The translations under genes were made by a program, and so were the position numbers. The notes beneath the pieces were generated by a model, which saw only the letters and a list, made by a program, of their open reading frames with translations, was not told the origin of the DNA and did not search any database. From Auanema rhodensis (taxonomy: Eukaryota; Animalia; Nematoda), in the NCBI GenBank assembly GCA_964057225.1, contig OZ059900.1, forward strand, positions 23,622,001 to 23,686,000: a stretch of 64,000 bases of DNA, given 5' to 3'. Below are positions 28,601-44,700 of this stretch, in pieces; the stretch's first letter is position 1, and each line of letters opens with the position of its first letter.

Positions 28601-30243
28601 CATACCAATCTTCATGAACACGGACTGTTTGTGTAATAGATAATAGCAATAATAGTTTCGTTTCTGTTTTTAATTAACTTTCCTGTACGCGAGTTATAAT
28701 ATTTAGAACGTGATTCCTTGATTATGAAAAATTTTTAGAGCCTGCACTGATAATATAACTGGAAACAGGCAGTACGCGATACGCAAATATTTGAATGACA
28801 GCTTTATTACAATACGACTTAGTTTACTCAATCATACCAATCTTCATGAACAGGGACTGTTTGTGTAATAGATGATAGCAATAATAGTTTCGCTTCTGTT
28901 TTTAATTAACTTTCCTGTACGCGAGTTATCATATTTAGAACGCGATTGCTTCATAATGAAAAATGTTTAGAGCCTGCACTGATAATATAACTGGCAACAG
29001 GCAATACGCAAACATTTGAATGACAGCTTTATTACAATACGACTTAGTTTACTCAATCATACCAATCTTCATGAACACCGACTGTTTGTGTAATAGATGA
29101 TAGCAATAATAGTTTCGTTTCTGTTTTTAATTAACTTTCCTGTACGCGAGTTATAATATTTAGAACGTGATTCCTTGATTATGAAAAATTTTTAGAGCCT
29201 GCACTGATAATATAACTGGAAACAGGCAGTACGCGATACGCAAATATTTGAATGACAGCTTTATTACAATACGACTTAGTTTACTCAATTATATCAAGCT
29301 TCATGAACACGGACTGCTTGTGTAATATATAATAGCAATAATAGTTTCGTTTCTGTTTTTAATTAACTTTCCTGTACGCGAGTTATAATATTTAGAACGT
29401 GATTCCTTGATTATGAAAAACTTTCAGAGCCTGCACTGATAATATAATTGGAAACAGGCAGTACGCAATACGCAAACATTTGAATGACAGCTTTATTACA
29501 ATACGACTTAGTTTACTCAATTAAATCAAGCTTCATGAACACGGACTGTTTGTGCAATAGATGATAGCAATGATAATTTCGTTTCTTTTTTCAATTAACT
29601 TTCCAATACGCGAGTTATTATATTTAGAACGTGATTCCTTCATAATGAAAAATTTTTAGAGCCTGCACTGATAATATAACTGGAAACAGGCAGTACGCGA
29701 TACGCAAATATTTGAATGACTGCTTTATTACAATACGACTTAGTTTACTCAATTATATCAAGCTTCATGAACACGGACTGCTTGTGTAATATATAATAGC
29801 AATAATAGTTTCGTTTCTGTTTTTAATTAACTTTCCTGTACGCGAGTTATAATATTTAGAACGTGATTCTTTGATTATGAAAAACTTTCAGAGCCTGCAC
29901 TGATAATATAATTGGAAACAGGCAGTACGCAATACGCAAACATTTGAATGACAGCTTTATTACAATACGACTTAGTTTACTCAATTATATCAAGCTTCAT
30001 GAACACGGACTGCTTGTGTAATATATAATAGCAATAATAGTTTCGTTTCTGTTTTTAATTAACTTTCCTGTACGAGAGTTATAATATTTAGAACGTGATT
30101 CCTTGATTATGAAAAACTTTCAGAGCCTGCACTGATAATATAATTGGAAACAGGCAGTACGCAATACGCAAACATTTGAATGACAGCTTTATTACAATAC
30201 GACTTAGTTTACTCAATCATACCAATCTTCATGAACACGGACT

Positions 30244-33200
30244 GTTTGTGTAATAGATAATAGCAATAATAGTTTCGTTTCTGTTTTTAATTAACTTTCC
30301 TGTACGCGAGTTATAATATTTAGAACGTGATTCCTTGATTATGAAAAACTTTCAGAGCCTGCACTGATAATATAATTGGAAACAGGCAGTACGCAATACG
30401 CAAACATTTGAATGACAGCTTTATTACAATACGACTTAGTTTACTCAATTATATCAAGCTTCATGAACACGGACTGCTTGTGTAATATATAATAGCAATA
30501 ATAGTTTCGTTTCTGTTTTTAATTAACTTTCCTGTACGAGAGTTATAATATTAAGAACGTGATTCCTTGATTATGAAAAATTTTTAGAGCCTGCACTGAT
30601 AATATAACTGGAAACAGGCAGTACGCGATACGCAAATATTTGAATGACAGCTTTATTACAATACGACTTAGTTTACTCAATCATACCAATCTTCATGAAC
30701 ACGGACTGTTTGTGTAATAGATAATAGCAATAATAGTTTCGTTTCTGTTTTTAATTAACTTTCCTGTACGCGAGTTATAATATTTAGAACGTGATTCCTT
30801 GATTATGAAAAATTTTTAGAGCCTGCACTGATAATATAACTGGAAACAGGCAGTACGCGATACGCAAATATTTGAATGACAGCTTTATTACAATACGACT
30901 TAGTTTACTCAATCATACCAATCTTCATGAACAGGGACTGTTTGTGTAATAGATGATAGCAATAATAGTTTCGTTTCTGTTTTTAATTAACTTTCCTGTA
31001 CGCGAGTTATCATATTCAGAACGCGATTGCTTCATAATGAAAAATGTTTAGAGCCTGCACTGATAATATAACTGGCAACAGGCAATACGCAAACATTTGA
31101 ATGACAGCTTTATTACAATACGACTTAGTTTACTCAATCATACCAATCTTCATGAACACCGACTGTTTGTGTAATAGATAATAGCAATAATAGTTTCGTT
31201 TCTGTTTTTAATTAACTTTCCTGTACGCGAGTTATAATATTTAGAACGTGATTCCTTGATTATGAAAAATTTTTAGAGCCTGCACTGATAATATAACTGG
31301 AAACAGGCAGTACGCGATACGCAAATATTTGAATGACAGCTTTATTACAATACGACTTAGTTTACTCAATTAAATCAAGCTTCATGAACACGGACTGTTT
31401 GTGTAATAGATAATAGCAATAATAGTTTCGTTTCTGTTTTTAATTAACTTTCCTGTACGCGAGTTATAATATTTAGAACGTGATTCCTTGATTATGAAAA
31501 ATTTTTAGAGCCTGCACTGATAATATAACTGGAAACAGGCAGTACGCGATACGCAAATATTTGAATGACAGCTTTATTACAATACGACTTAGTTTACTCA
31601 ATCATACCAATCTTCATGAACACGGACTGTTTGTGTAATAGATAATAGCAATAATAGTTTCGTTTCTGTTTTTAATTAACTTTCCTGTACGCGAGTTATA
31701 ATATTTAGAACGTGATTCCTTGATTATGAAAAACTTTCAGAGCCTGCACTGATAATATAATTGGAAACAGGCAGTACGCAATACGCAAACATTTGAATGA
31801 CAGCTTTATTACAATACGACTTAGTTTACTCAATTATATCAAGCTTCATGAACACGGACTGCTTGTGTAATATATAATAGCAATAATAGTTTCGTTTCTG
31901 TTTTTAATTAACTTTCCTGTACGAGAGTTATAATATTAAGAACGTGATTCCTTGATTATGAAAAATTTTTAGAGCCTGCACTGATAATATAACTGGAAAC
32001 AGGCAGTACGCGATACGCAAATATTTGAATGACAGCTTTATTACAATACGACTTAGTTTACTCAATCATACCAATCTTCATGAACACGGACTGTTTGTGT
32101 AATAGATAATAGCAATAATAGTTTCGTTTCTGTTTTTAATTAACTTTCCTGTACGCGAGTTATAATATTTAGAACGTGATTCCTTGATTATGAAAAATTT
32201 TTAGAGCCTGCACTGATAATATAACTGGAAACAGGCAGTACGCGATACGCAAATATTTGAATGACAGCTTTATTACAATACGACTTAGTTTACTCAATCA
32301 TACCAATCTTCATGAACAGGGACTGTTTGTGTAATAGATGATAGCAATAATAGTTTCGTTTCTGTTTTTAATTAACTTTCCTGTACGCGAGTTATCATAT
32401 TCAGAACGCGATTGCTTCATAATGAAAAATGTTTAGAGCCTGCACTGATAATATAACTGGCAACAGGCAATACGCAAACATTTGAATGACAGCTTTATTA
32501 CAATACGACTTAGTTTACTCAATCATACCAATCTTCATGAACACCGACTGTTTGTGTAATAGATAATAGCAATAATAGTTTCGTTTCTGTTTTTAATTAA
32601 CTTTCCTGTACGCGAGTTATAATATTTAGAACGTGATTCCTTGATTATGAAAAATTTTTAGAGCCTGCACTGATAATATAACTGGAAACAGGCAGTACGC
32701 GATACGCAAATATTTGAATGACAGCTTTATTACAATACGACTTAGTTTACTCAATTAAATCAAGCTTCATGAACACGGACTGTTTGTGTAATAGATAATA
32801 GCAATAATAGTTTCGTTTCTGTTTTTAATTAACTTTCCTGTACGCGAGTTATAATATTTAGAACGTGATTCCTTGATTATGAAAAATTTTTAGAGCCTGC
32901 ACTGATAATATAACTGGAAACAGGCAGTACGCGATACGCAAATATTTGAATGACAGCTTTATTACAATACGACTTAGTTTACTCAATCATACCAATCTTC
33001 ATGAACACGGACTGTTTGTGTAATAGATAATAGCAATAATAGTTTCGTTTCTGTTTTTAATTAACTTTCCTGTACGCGAGTTATAATATTTAGAACGTGA
33101 TTCCTTGATTATGAAAAACTTTCAGAGCCTGCACTGATAATATAATTGGAAACAGGCAGTACGCAATACGCAAACATTTGAATGACAGCTTTATTACAAT
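30244..33200 (+). repeat. 6-monomer tandem duplication, period 1385 bp, nested in a 16-monomer (3698 bp) period
   Basis: CATATTCAGA at 31011/32396 and ACGAGAG...TTAAG at 30536/31921; flanking TTCCAATACG at 29601/33299. Confidence 0.9.
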
Positions 33201-36200
33201 ACGACTTAGTTTACTCAATTAAATCAAGCTTCATGAACACGGACTGTTTGTGCAATAGATGATAGCAATGATAATTTCGTTTCTTTTTTCAATTAACTTT
33301 CCAATACGCGAGTTATTATATTTAGAACGTGATTCCTTCATAATGAAAAATTTTTAGAGCCTGCACTGATAATATAACTGGAAACAGGCAGTACGCGATA
33401 CGCAAATATTTGAATGACTGCTTTATTACAATACGACTTAGTTTACTCAATTATATCAAGCTTCATGAACACGGACTGCTTGTGTAATATATAATAGCAA
33501 TAATAGTTTCGTTTCTGTTTTTAATTAACTTTCCTGTACGCGAGTTATAATATTTAGAACGTGATTCTTTGATTATGAAAAACTTTCAGAGCCTGCACTG
33601 ATAATATAATTGGAAACAGGCAGTACGCAATACGCAAACATTTGAATGACAGCTTTATTACAATACGACTTAGTTTACTCAATTATATCAAGCTTCATGA
33701 ACACGGACTGCTTGTGTAATATATAATAGCAATAATAGTTTCGTTTCTGTTTTTAATTAACTTTCCTGTACGCGAGTTATAATATTAAGAACGTGATTCC
33801 TTGATTATGAAAAACTTTCAGAGCCTGCACTGATAATATAATTGGAAACAGGCAGTACGCAATACGCAAACATTTGAATGACAGCTTTATTACAATACGA
33901 CTTAGTTTACTCAATCATACCAATCTTCATGAACACGGACTGTTTGTGTAATAGATAATAGCAATAATAGTTTCGTTTCTGTTTTTAATTAACTTTCCTG
34001 TACGCGAGTTATAATATTTAGAACGTGATTCCTTGATTATGAAAAATTTTTAGAGCCTGCACTGATAATATAACTGGAAACAGGCAGTACGCGATACGCA
34101 AATATTTGAATGACAGCTTTATTACAATACGACTTAGTTTACTCAATCATACCAATCTTCATGAACAGGGACTGTTTGTGTAATAGATGATAGCAATAAT
34201 AGTTTCGTTTCTGTTTTTAATTAACTTTCCTGTACGCGAGTTATCATATTTAGAACGCGATTGCTTCATAATGAAAAATGTTTAGAGCCTGCACTGATAA
34301 TATAACTGGCAACAGGCAATACGCAAACATTTGAATGACAGCTTTATTACAATACGACTTAGTTTACTCAATCATACCAATCTTCATGAACACCGACTGT
34401 TTGTGTAATAGATAATAAGCAATAATAGTTTCGTTTCTGTTTTTAATTAACTTTCCTGTACGCGAGTTATAATATTTAGAACGTGATTCCTTGATTATGA
34501 AAAATTTTTAGAGCCTGCACTGATAATATAACTGGAAACAGGCAGTACGCGATACGCAAATATTTGAATGACAGCTTTATTACAAGACGACTTAGCTTAC
34601 TTAATCATATCAAGCTTCATGAACACGGACTGCTTGTGTAATATATAATAGCAATAATAGTTTCGTTTCTGTTTTTAATTAACTTTCCTGTACGCGAGTT
34701 ATAATATTTAGAACGTGATTCCTTGATTATGAAAAACTTTCAGAGCCTGCACTGATAATATAATTGGAAACAGGCAGTACGCAATACGCAAACATTTGAA
34801 TGACAGCTTTATTACAATACGACTTAGTTTACTCAATTATATCAAGCTTCATGAACACGGACTGCTTGTGTAATATATAATAGCAATAATAGTTTCGTTT
34901 CTGTTTTTAATTAACTTTCCTGTACGCGAGTTATAATATTTAGAACGTGATTCCTTGATTATGAAAAACTTTCAGAGCCTGCACTGATAATATAATTGGA
35001 AACAGGCAGTACGCAATACGCAAACATTTGAATGACAGCTTTATTACAATACGACTTATTTTACTCAATTATATCAAGCTTCATGAACACGGACTGCTTG
35101 TGTAATATATAATAGCAATAATAGTTTCGTTTCTGTTTTTAATTAACTTTCCTGTACGCGAGTTATAATATTTAGAACGTGATTCCTTGATTATGAAAAA
35201 CTTTCAGAGCCTGCACTGATAATATAATTGGAAACAGGCAGTACGCAATACGCAAACATTTGAATGACAGCTTTATTACAATACGACTTAGTTTACTCAA
35301 TTATATCAAGCTTCATGAACACGGACTGCTTGTGTAATATATAATAGCAATAATAGTTTCGTTTCTGTTTTTAATTAACTTTCCTGTACGCGAGTTATAA
35401 TATTTAGAACGTGATTCCTTGATTATGAAAAACTTTCAGAGCCTGCACTGATAATATAATTGGAAACAGGCAGTACGCAATACGCAAACATTTGAATGAC
35501 AGCTTTATTACAATACGACTTAGTTTACTCAATCATACCAATCTTCATGAACACGGACTGTTTGTGTAATAGATAATAGCAATAATAGTTTCGTTTCTGT
35601 TTTTAATTAACTTTCCTGTACGCGAGTTATAATATTTAGAACGTGATTCCTTGATTATGAAAAATTTTTAGAGCCTGCACTGATAATATAACTGGAAACA
35701 GGCAGTACGCGATACGCAAATATTTGAATGACAGCTTTATTACAATACGACTTAGTTTACTCAATCATACCAATCTTCATGAACACGGACTGTTTGTGTA
35801 ATAGATAATAGCAATAATAGTTTCGTTTCTGTTTTTAATTAACTTTCCTGTACGCGAGTTATAAAATTTAGAACGTGATTCCTTGATTATGAAAAATTTT
35901 TAGAGCCTGCACTGATAATATAACTGGAAACAGGCAGTACGCGATACGCAAATATTTGAATTACAGCTTTAATACAATACGACTTAGCTTACTCAATCAT
36001 ATCAAGCTTCATGAACAGGGACTGTTTGTGTAATAGATGATAGCAATGATAGTTTCGTTTCTTTTTTTAATTAACTTTCCAGTACGCGAGTTATAATATT
36101 TAGAACGTGATTCCTTGATTATGAAAAACTTTCAGAGCCTGCACTGATAATATAATTGGAAACAGGCAGTACGCAATACGCAAACATTTGAATGACAGCT

Positions 36201-37872
36201 TTATTACAATACGACTTAGTTTACTCAATTATATCAAGCTTCATGAACACGGACTGCTTGTGTAATATATAATAGCAATAATAGTTTCGTTTCTTTTTTT
36301 AATTAACTTTCCAGTACGCGAGTTATCATATTTAGAACGCGATTGCTTCATAATGAAAAATGTTTAGAGCCTGCACTGATAATATAACTGGCAACAGGCA
36401 GTACGCAAACATTTGAATGACAGCTTTATTACAATACGACTTAGTTTACTCAATCATATCAAGCTTCATGAACACGGACTGCTTGTGTAATATATAATAG
36501 CAATAATAGTTTCGTTTCTGTTTTTAATTAACTTTCCTGTACGCGAGTTATAATATTTAGAACGTGATTCCTTGATTATGAAAAATTTTTAGAGCCTGCA
36601 CTGATAATATAACTGGAAACAGGCAGTACGCGATACGCAAATATTTGAATGACAGCTTTATTACAATACGACTTAGTTTACTCAATTATATCAAGCTTCA
36701 TGAACACGGACTGCTTGTGTAATATATAATAGCAATAATAGTTTCGTTTCTGTTTTTAATTAACTTTCCTGTACGCGAGTTATAATATTTAGAACGTGAT
36801 TCCTTGATTATGAAAAACTTTCAGAGCCTGCACTGATAATATAATTGGAAACAGGCAGTACGCAATACGCAAACATTTGAATGACAGCTTTATTACAATA
36901 CGACTTAGTTTACTCAATTATATCAAGCTTCATGAACACGGACTGCTTGTGTAATATATAATAGCAATAATAGTTTCGTTTCTGTTTTTAATTAACTTTC
37001 CTGTACGCGAGTTATAATATTTAGAACGTGATTCCTTGATTATGAAAAACTTTCAGAGCCTGCACTGATAATATAATTGGAAACAGGCAGTACGCAATAC
37101 GCAAACATTTGAATGACAGCTTTATTACAATACGACTTAGTTTACTCAATTATATCAAGCTTCATGAACACGGACTGTTTGTGCAATAGATGATAGCAAT
37201 GATAATTTCGTTTCTTTTTTCAATTAACTTTCCTGTACGCGAGTTATAATATTTAGAACGTGATTCCTTGATTATGAAAAACTTTCAGAGCCTGCACTGA
37301 TAATATAATTGGAAACAGGCAGTACGCAATACGCAAACATTTGAATGACAGCTTTATTACAATACGACTTAGTTTACTCAATTATATCAAGCTTCATGAA
37401 CACGGACTGCTTGTGTAATATATAATAGCAATAATAGTTTCGTTTCTGTTTTTAATTAACTTTCCTGTACGCGAGTTATAATATTTAGAACGTGATTCCT
37501 TGATTATGAAAAACTTTCAGAGCCTGCACTGATAATATAATTGGAAACAGGCAGTACGCAATACGCAAACATTTGAATGACAGCTTTATTACAATACGAC
37601 TTAGTTTACTCAATTATATCAAGCTTCATGAACACGGACTGTTTGTGCAATAGATGATAGCAATGATAATTTCGTTTCTTTTTTCAATTAACTTTCCTGT
37701 ACGCGAGTTATAATATTTAGAACGTGATTCCTTGATTATGAAAAACTTTCAGAGCCTGCACTGATAATATAATTGGAAACAGGCAGTACGCAATACGCAA
37801 ACATTTGAATGACAGCTTTATTACAATACGACTTAGTTTACTCAATCATATCAAGCTTCATGAACAGGGACT

Positions 37873-38790
37873 GCTTGAGTAATAGATAATAGCAATAATA
37901 GTTTCGTTTCTGTTTTTAATTAACTTTCCTGTACGCGAGCTATAATATTTAGAACGCGATTCCTTGATAATGAAAAACTTTCAGAGCCTGCACTGATAAT
38001 ATAACTGGAAACAGGCAATACTAAAACATTTGAATGACAGCTTTATTACAATAGGACTTAGTTTACTCAATCATACCAATCTTCATGAACACGGACTGTT
38101 TGTGTAATATATAATAGCAATAATAGTTTCGTTTCTGTTTTTAATTAACTTTCCTGTACGCGAGTTATAATATTTAGAACGTGATTCCTTGATTATGAAA
38201 AACTTTCAGAGCCTGCACTGATAATATAATTGGAAACAGGCAGTACGCAATACGCAAACATTTGAATGACAGCTTTATTACAATACGACTTAGTTTACTC
38301 AATTATATCAAGCTTCATGAACACGGACTGTTTGTGCAATAGATGATAGCAATGATAATTTCGTTTCTTTTTTCAATTAACTTTCCTGTACGCGAGTTAT
38401 AATATTTAGAACGTGATTCCTTGATTATGAAAAATTTTTAGAGCCTGCACTGATAATATAACTGGAAACAGGCAGTACGCGATACGCAAATATTTGAATG
38501 ACAGCTTTAATACAATACGACTTAGCTTACTCAATCATATCAAGCTTCATGAACAGGGACTGCTTGAGTAATAGATAATAGCAATAATAGTTTCGTTTCT
38601 GTTTTTAATTAACTTTCCTGTACGCGAGCTATAATATTTAGAACGCGATTCCTTGATAATGAAAAACTTTCAGAGCCTGCACTGATAATATAACTGGAAA
38701 CAGGCAATACTAAAACATTTGAATGACAGCTTTATTACAATAGGACTTAGTTTACTCAATCATACCAATCTTCATGAACACGGACTGTTT
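37873..38790 (+). repeat. 3-monomer-period duplication (689 bp) at the domain transition
   Basis: GCTTGAGT head variant at 37873 and 38562 only. Confidence 0.85.
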
Positions 38791-41700
38791 GTGTAATAGA
38801 TAATAGCAATAATAGTTTCGTTTCTGTTTTTAATTAACTTTCCTGTACGCGAGTTATAATATTTAGAACGTGATTCCTTGATTATGAAAAATTTTTAGAG
38901 CCTGCACTGATAATATAACTGGAAACAGGCAGTACGCGATACGCAAATATTTGAATGACAGCTTTAATACAAGACGACTTAGCTTACTCAATCATATCAA
39001 GCTTCATGAACAGGGACTGCTTGTGTAATAGATGATAGCAATGATAGTTTCGTTTCTTTTTTTAACTAACTTTCCAGTACGCGAGTTATAATATTTAGAA
39101 CGCGATTCCTTGATAATGAAAAACTTTCAGAGCCTGCACTGATAATATAATTGGAAACAGGCAGTACGCAATACGCAAACATTTGAATGACAGCTTTATT
39201 ATAATACGACTTAGTTTACTCAATTATATCAAGCTTCATGAACACGGACTGCTTGTGTAATATATAATAGCAATAATAGTTTCGTTTCTGTTTTTAATTA
39301 ACTTTCCTGTACGCGAGTTATAATATTTAGAACGTGATTCCTTGATTATGAAAAACTTTCAGAGCCTGCACTGATAATATAACTGGAAACAGGCAGTACG
39401 CGATACGCAAATATTTGAATGACAGCTTTAATACAAGACGACTTAGCTTACTGAATCATATCAAGCTTCATGAACAGGGACTGCTTATGTAATAGATGAT
39501 AGCAATGATAATTTCGTTTCTTTTTTCAATTAACTTTCCAGTACGCGAGTTATTATATTTAGAACGTGATTCCTTCATAATGAAAACTTTTTAGAGCCTG
39601 CACTGATAATATAACTGGAAACAGGCAATACTAAAACATTAGAATGACAGCTTTATTACAATAGGACTTAGTTTACTAAATCATACCAATCTTCATGAAC
39701 ACGGACTGTTTGTGTAATAGATAATAGCAATAATAGTTTCGTTTCTGTTTTTAATTAACTTTCCTGTACGCGAGTTATAATATTTAGAACGTGATTCCTT
39801 GATTATGAAAAACTTTCAGAGCCTGCACTGATAATATAATTGGAAACAGGCAGTACGCAATACGCAAACATTTGAATGACAGCTTTATTACAATACGACT
39901 TAGTTTACTCAATTATATCAAGCTTCATGAACACGGACTGCTTGTGTAATATATAATAGCAATAATAGTTTTGTTTCTGTTTTTAATTAACTTTCCTGTA
40001 CGCGAGTTATAATATTTAGAACGTGATTCCTTGATTATGAAAAACTTTCAGAGCCTGCACTGATAATATAATTGGAAACAGGCAGTACGCAATACGCAAA
40101 CATTTGAATGACAGCTTTATTACAATACGACTTAGTTTACTCAATTATATCAAGCTTCATGAACACGGACTGCTTGTGTAATATATAATAGCAATAATAG
40201 TTTCGTTTCTGTTTTTAATTAACTTTCCTGTACGCGAGTTATTATATTTAGAACGTGATTCCTTCATAATGAAAAATTTTTAGAGCCTGCACTGATAATA
40301 TAACTGGAAACAGGCAATACTAAAACATTTGAATGACAGCTTTATTACAATAGGACTTAGTTTACTCAATCATATCAAGCTTCATGAACACGGACTGTTT
40401 GTGCAATAGATGATAGCAATGATTATTTCGTTTCTTTTTTCAATTAACTTTCCAGTACGCGAGTTATTATATTTAGAACGTGATTCCTTCATAATGAAAA
40501 ATTTTTAGAGCCTGCACTGATAATATAACTGGAAACAGGCAATACGCAAACATTTGAATGACAGCTTTATTACAATACGACTTAGTTTACTCAATCATAT
40601 CAAGCTTCATGAACACGGACTGTTTGTGCAATAGATGATAGCAATGATAGTTTCGTTTCTTTTTTTAACTAACTTTCCAGTACGCGAGTTATAATATTTA
40701 GAACGCGATTCCTTGATAATGAAAAATTTTTAGAGCCTGCACTGATAATATAACTGGCAACAGGAAATACGCAAACATTTGAATGACAGCTTTATTACAA
40801 TACGACTTAGTTTACTCAATCATATCAAGCTTCATGAACACGGACTGTTTGTGCAATAGATGATAGCAATGATAGTTTCGTTTCTTTTTTTAACTAACTT
40901 TCCAGTACGCGAGTTATAATATTTAGAACGCGATTCCTTGATAATGCAAAACTTTCAGAGCCTGCACTGATAATATAATTGGAAACAGGCAGTACGCAAT
41001 ACGCAAACATTTGAATGACAGCTTTATTATAATACGACTTAGTTTACTCAATTATATCAAGCTTCATGAACACGGACTGCTTGTGTAATATATAATAGCA
41101 ATAATAGTTTCGTTTCTGTTTTTAATTAACTTTCCTGTACGCGAGTTATAATATTTAGAACGTGATTCTTTGATTATGAAAAACTTTCAGAGCCTGCACT
41201 GATAATATAATTGGAAACAGGCAGTACGCAATACGCAAACATTTGAATGGCAGCTTTATTACAATACAACTTAGTTTCCTCAATCATATCAAGCTTCATG
41301 AACACGGACTGTTTGTGCAATAGATGATAGCAATGATAGTTTCGTTTCTTTTTTTAATTAACTTTCCAGTACGCGAGCTATAATATTTAGAACGCGATTC
41401 CTTGATAATGAAAAACTTTCAGAGCCTGCACTGATAATATAACTGGAAACAGGCAATACTAAAACATTTGAATGACAGCTTTATTACAATAGGACTTAGT
41501 TTACTCAATCATACCAATCTTCATGAACACGGACTGTTTGTGTAATAGATAATAGCAATAATAGTTTCGTTTCTGTTTTTAATTAACTTTCCTGTACGCG
41601 AGTTATAATATTTAGAACGTGATTCCTTGATTATGAAAAATTTTTAGAGCCTGCACTGATAATATAACTGGAAACAGGCAGTACGCGATACGCAAATATT

Positions 41701-44700
41701 TGAATGACAGCTTTAATACAAGACGACTTAGCTTACTCAATCATATCAAGCTTCATGAACAGGGACTGCTTGTGTAATAGATGATAGCAATGATAGTTTC
41801 GTTTCTTTTTTTAACTAACTTTCCAGTACGCGAGTTATAATATTTAGAACGCGATTCCTTGATAATGAAAAACTTTCAGAGCCTGCACTGATAATATAAT
41901 TGGAAACAGGCAGTACGCAATACGCAAACATTTGAATGACAGCTTTATTATAATACGACTTAGTTTACTCAATTATATCAAGCTTCATGAACACGGACTG
42001 CTTGTGTAATATATAATAGCAATAATAGTTTCGTTTCTGTTTTTAATTAACTTTCCTGTACGCGAGTTATAATATTTAGAACGTGATTCCTTGATTATGA
42101 AAAACTTTCAGAGCCTGCACTGATAATATAACTGGAAACAGGCAGTACGCGATACGCAAATATTTGAATGACAGCTTTAATACAAGACGACTTAGCTTAC
42201 TCAATCATATCAAGCTTCATGAACAGGGACTGCTTATGTAATAGATGATAGCAATGATAATTTCGTTTCTTTTTTCAATTAACTTTCCAGTACGCGAGTT
42301 ATTATATTTAGAACGTGATTTCTTCATAATGAAAACTTTTTAGAGCCTGCACTGATAATATAACTGGAAACAGGCAATACTAAAACATTAGAATGACAGC
42401 TTTATTACAATAGGACTTAGTTTACTAAATCATACCAATCTTCATGAACACGGACTGTTTGTGTAATAGATAATAGCAATAATAGTTTCGTTTCTGTTTT
42501 TAATTAACTTTCCTGTACGCGAGTTATAATATTTAGAACGTGATTCCTTGATTATGAAAAACTTTCAGAGCCTGCACTGATAATATAATTGGAAACAGGC
42601 AGTACGCAATACGCAAACATTTGAATGACAGCTTTATTACAATACGACTTAGTTTACTCAATTATATCAAGCTTCATGAACACGGACTGCTTGTGTAATA
42701 TATAATAGCAATAATAGTTTTGTTTCTGTTTTTAATTAACTTTCCTGTACGCGAGTTATAATATTTAGAACGTGATTCCTTGATTATGAAAAACTTTCAG
42801 AGCCTGCACTGATAATATAATTGGAAACAGGCAGTACGCAATACGCAAACATTTGAATGACAGCTTTATTACAATACGACTTAGTTTACTCAATTATATC
42901 AAGCTTCATGAACACGGACTGCTTGTGTAATATATAATAGCAATAATAGTTTCGTTTCTGTTTTTAATTAACTTTCCTGTACGCGAGTTATTATATTTAG
43001 AACGTGATTCCTTCATAATGAAAAATTTTTAGAGCCTGCGCTGATAATATAACTGGAAACAGACAATACTAAAACATTTGAATGACAGCTTTATTACAAT
43101 AGGACTTAGTTTACTCAATCATATCAAGCTTCATGAACACGGACTGTTTGTGCAATAGATGATAGCAATGATTATTTCGTTTCTTTTTTCAATTAACTTT
43201 CCAGTACGCGAGTTATTATATTTAGAACGTGATTCCTTCATAATGAAAAATTTTTAGAGCCTGCACTGATAATATAACTGGAAACAGGCAATACGCAAAC
43301 ATTTGAATGACAGCTTTATTACAATACGACTTAGTTTACTCAATCATATCAAGCTTCATGAACACGGACTGTTTGTGCAATAGATGATAGCAATGATAGT
43401 TTCGTTTCTTTTTTTAACTAACTTTCCAGTACGCGAGTTATAATATTTAGAACGCGATTCCTTGATAATGAAAAATTTTTAGAGCCTGCACTGATAATAT
43501 AACTGGCAACAGGAAATACGCAAACATTTGAATGACAGCTTTATTACAATACGACTTAGTTTACTCAATCATATCAAGCTTCATGAACACGGACTGTTTG
43601 TGCAATAGATGATAGCAATGATAGTTTCGTTTCTTTTTTTAACTAACTTTCCAGTACGCGAGTTATAATATTTAGAACGCGATTCCTTGATAATGCAAAA
43701 CTTTCAGAGCCTGCACTGATAATATAATTGGAAACAGGCAGTACGCAATACGCAAACATTTGAATGACAGCTTTATTATAATACGACTTAGTTTACTCAA
43801 TTATATCAAGCTTCATGAACAGGGACTGTTTGTGTAATAGATGATAGCAATGATAGTTTCGTTTCTGTTTTTAATTAACTTTCCTGTACGCGAGTTATAA
43901 TATTTAGAACGTGATTCTTTGATTATGAAAAACTTTCAGAGCCTGCACTGATAATATAATTGGAAACAGGCAGTACGCAATACGCAAACATTTGAATGGC
44001 AGCTTTATTACAATACAACTTAGTTTCCTCAATTATATCAAGCTTCATGAACACGGACTGCTTGTGTAATATATAATAGCAATAATAGTTTCGTTTCTGT
44101 TTTTAATTAACTTTCCTGTACGCGAGTTATAATATTTAGAACGTGATTCCTTGATTATGAAAAACTTTCAGAGCCTGCACTGATAATATAACTGGAAACA
44201 GGCAGTACGCGATACGCAAATATTTGAATGACAGCTTTAATACAAGACGACTTAGCTTACTCAATCATATCAAGCTTCATGAACAGGGACTGCTTATGTA
44301 ATAGATGATAGCAATGATAATTTCGTTTCTTTTTTCAATTAACTTTCCAGTACGCGAGTTATTATATTTAGAACGTGATTTCTTCATAATGAAAACTTTT
44401 TAGAGCCTGCACTGATAATATAACTGGAAACAGGCAATACTAAAACATTAGAATGACAGCTTTATTACAATAGGACTTAGTTTACTAAATCATACCAATC
44501 TTCATGAACACGGACTGTTTGTGTAATAGATAATAGCAATAATAGTTTCGTTTCTGTTTTTAATTAACTTTCCTGTACGCGAGTTATAATATTTAGAACG
44601 TGATTCCTTGATTATGAAAAACTTTCAGAGCCTGCACTGATAATATAATTGGAAACAGGCAGTACGCAATACGCAAACATTTGAATGACAGCTTTATTAC

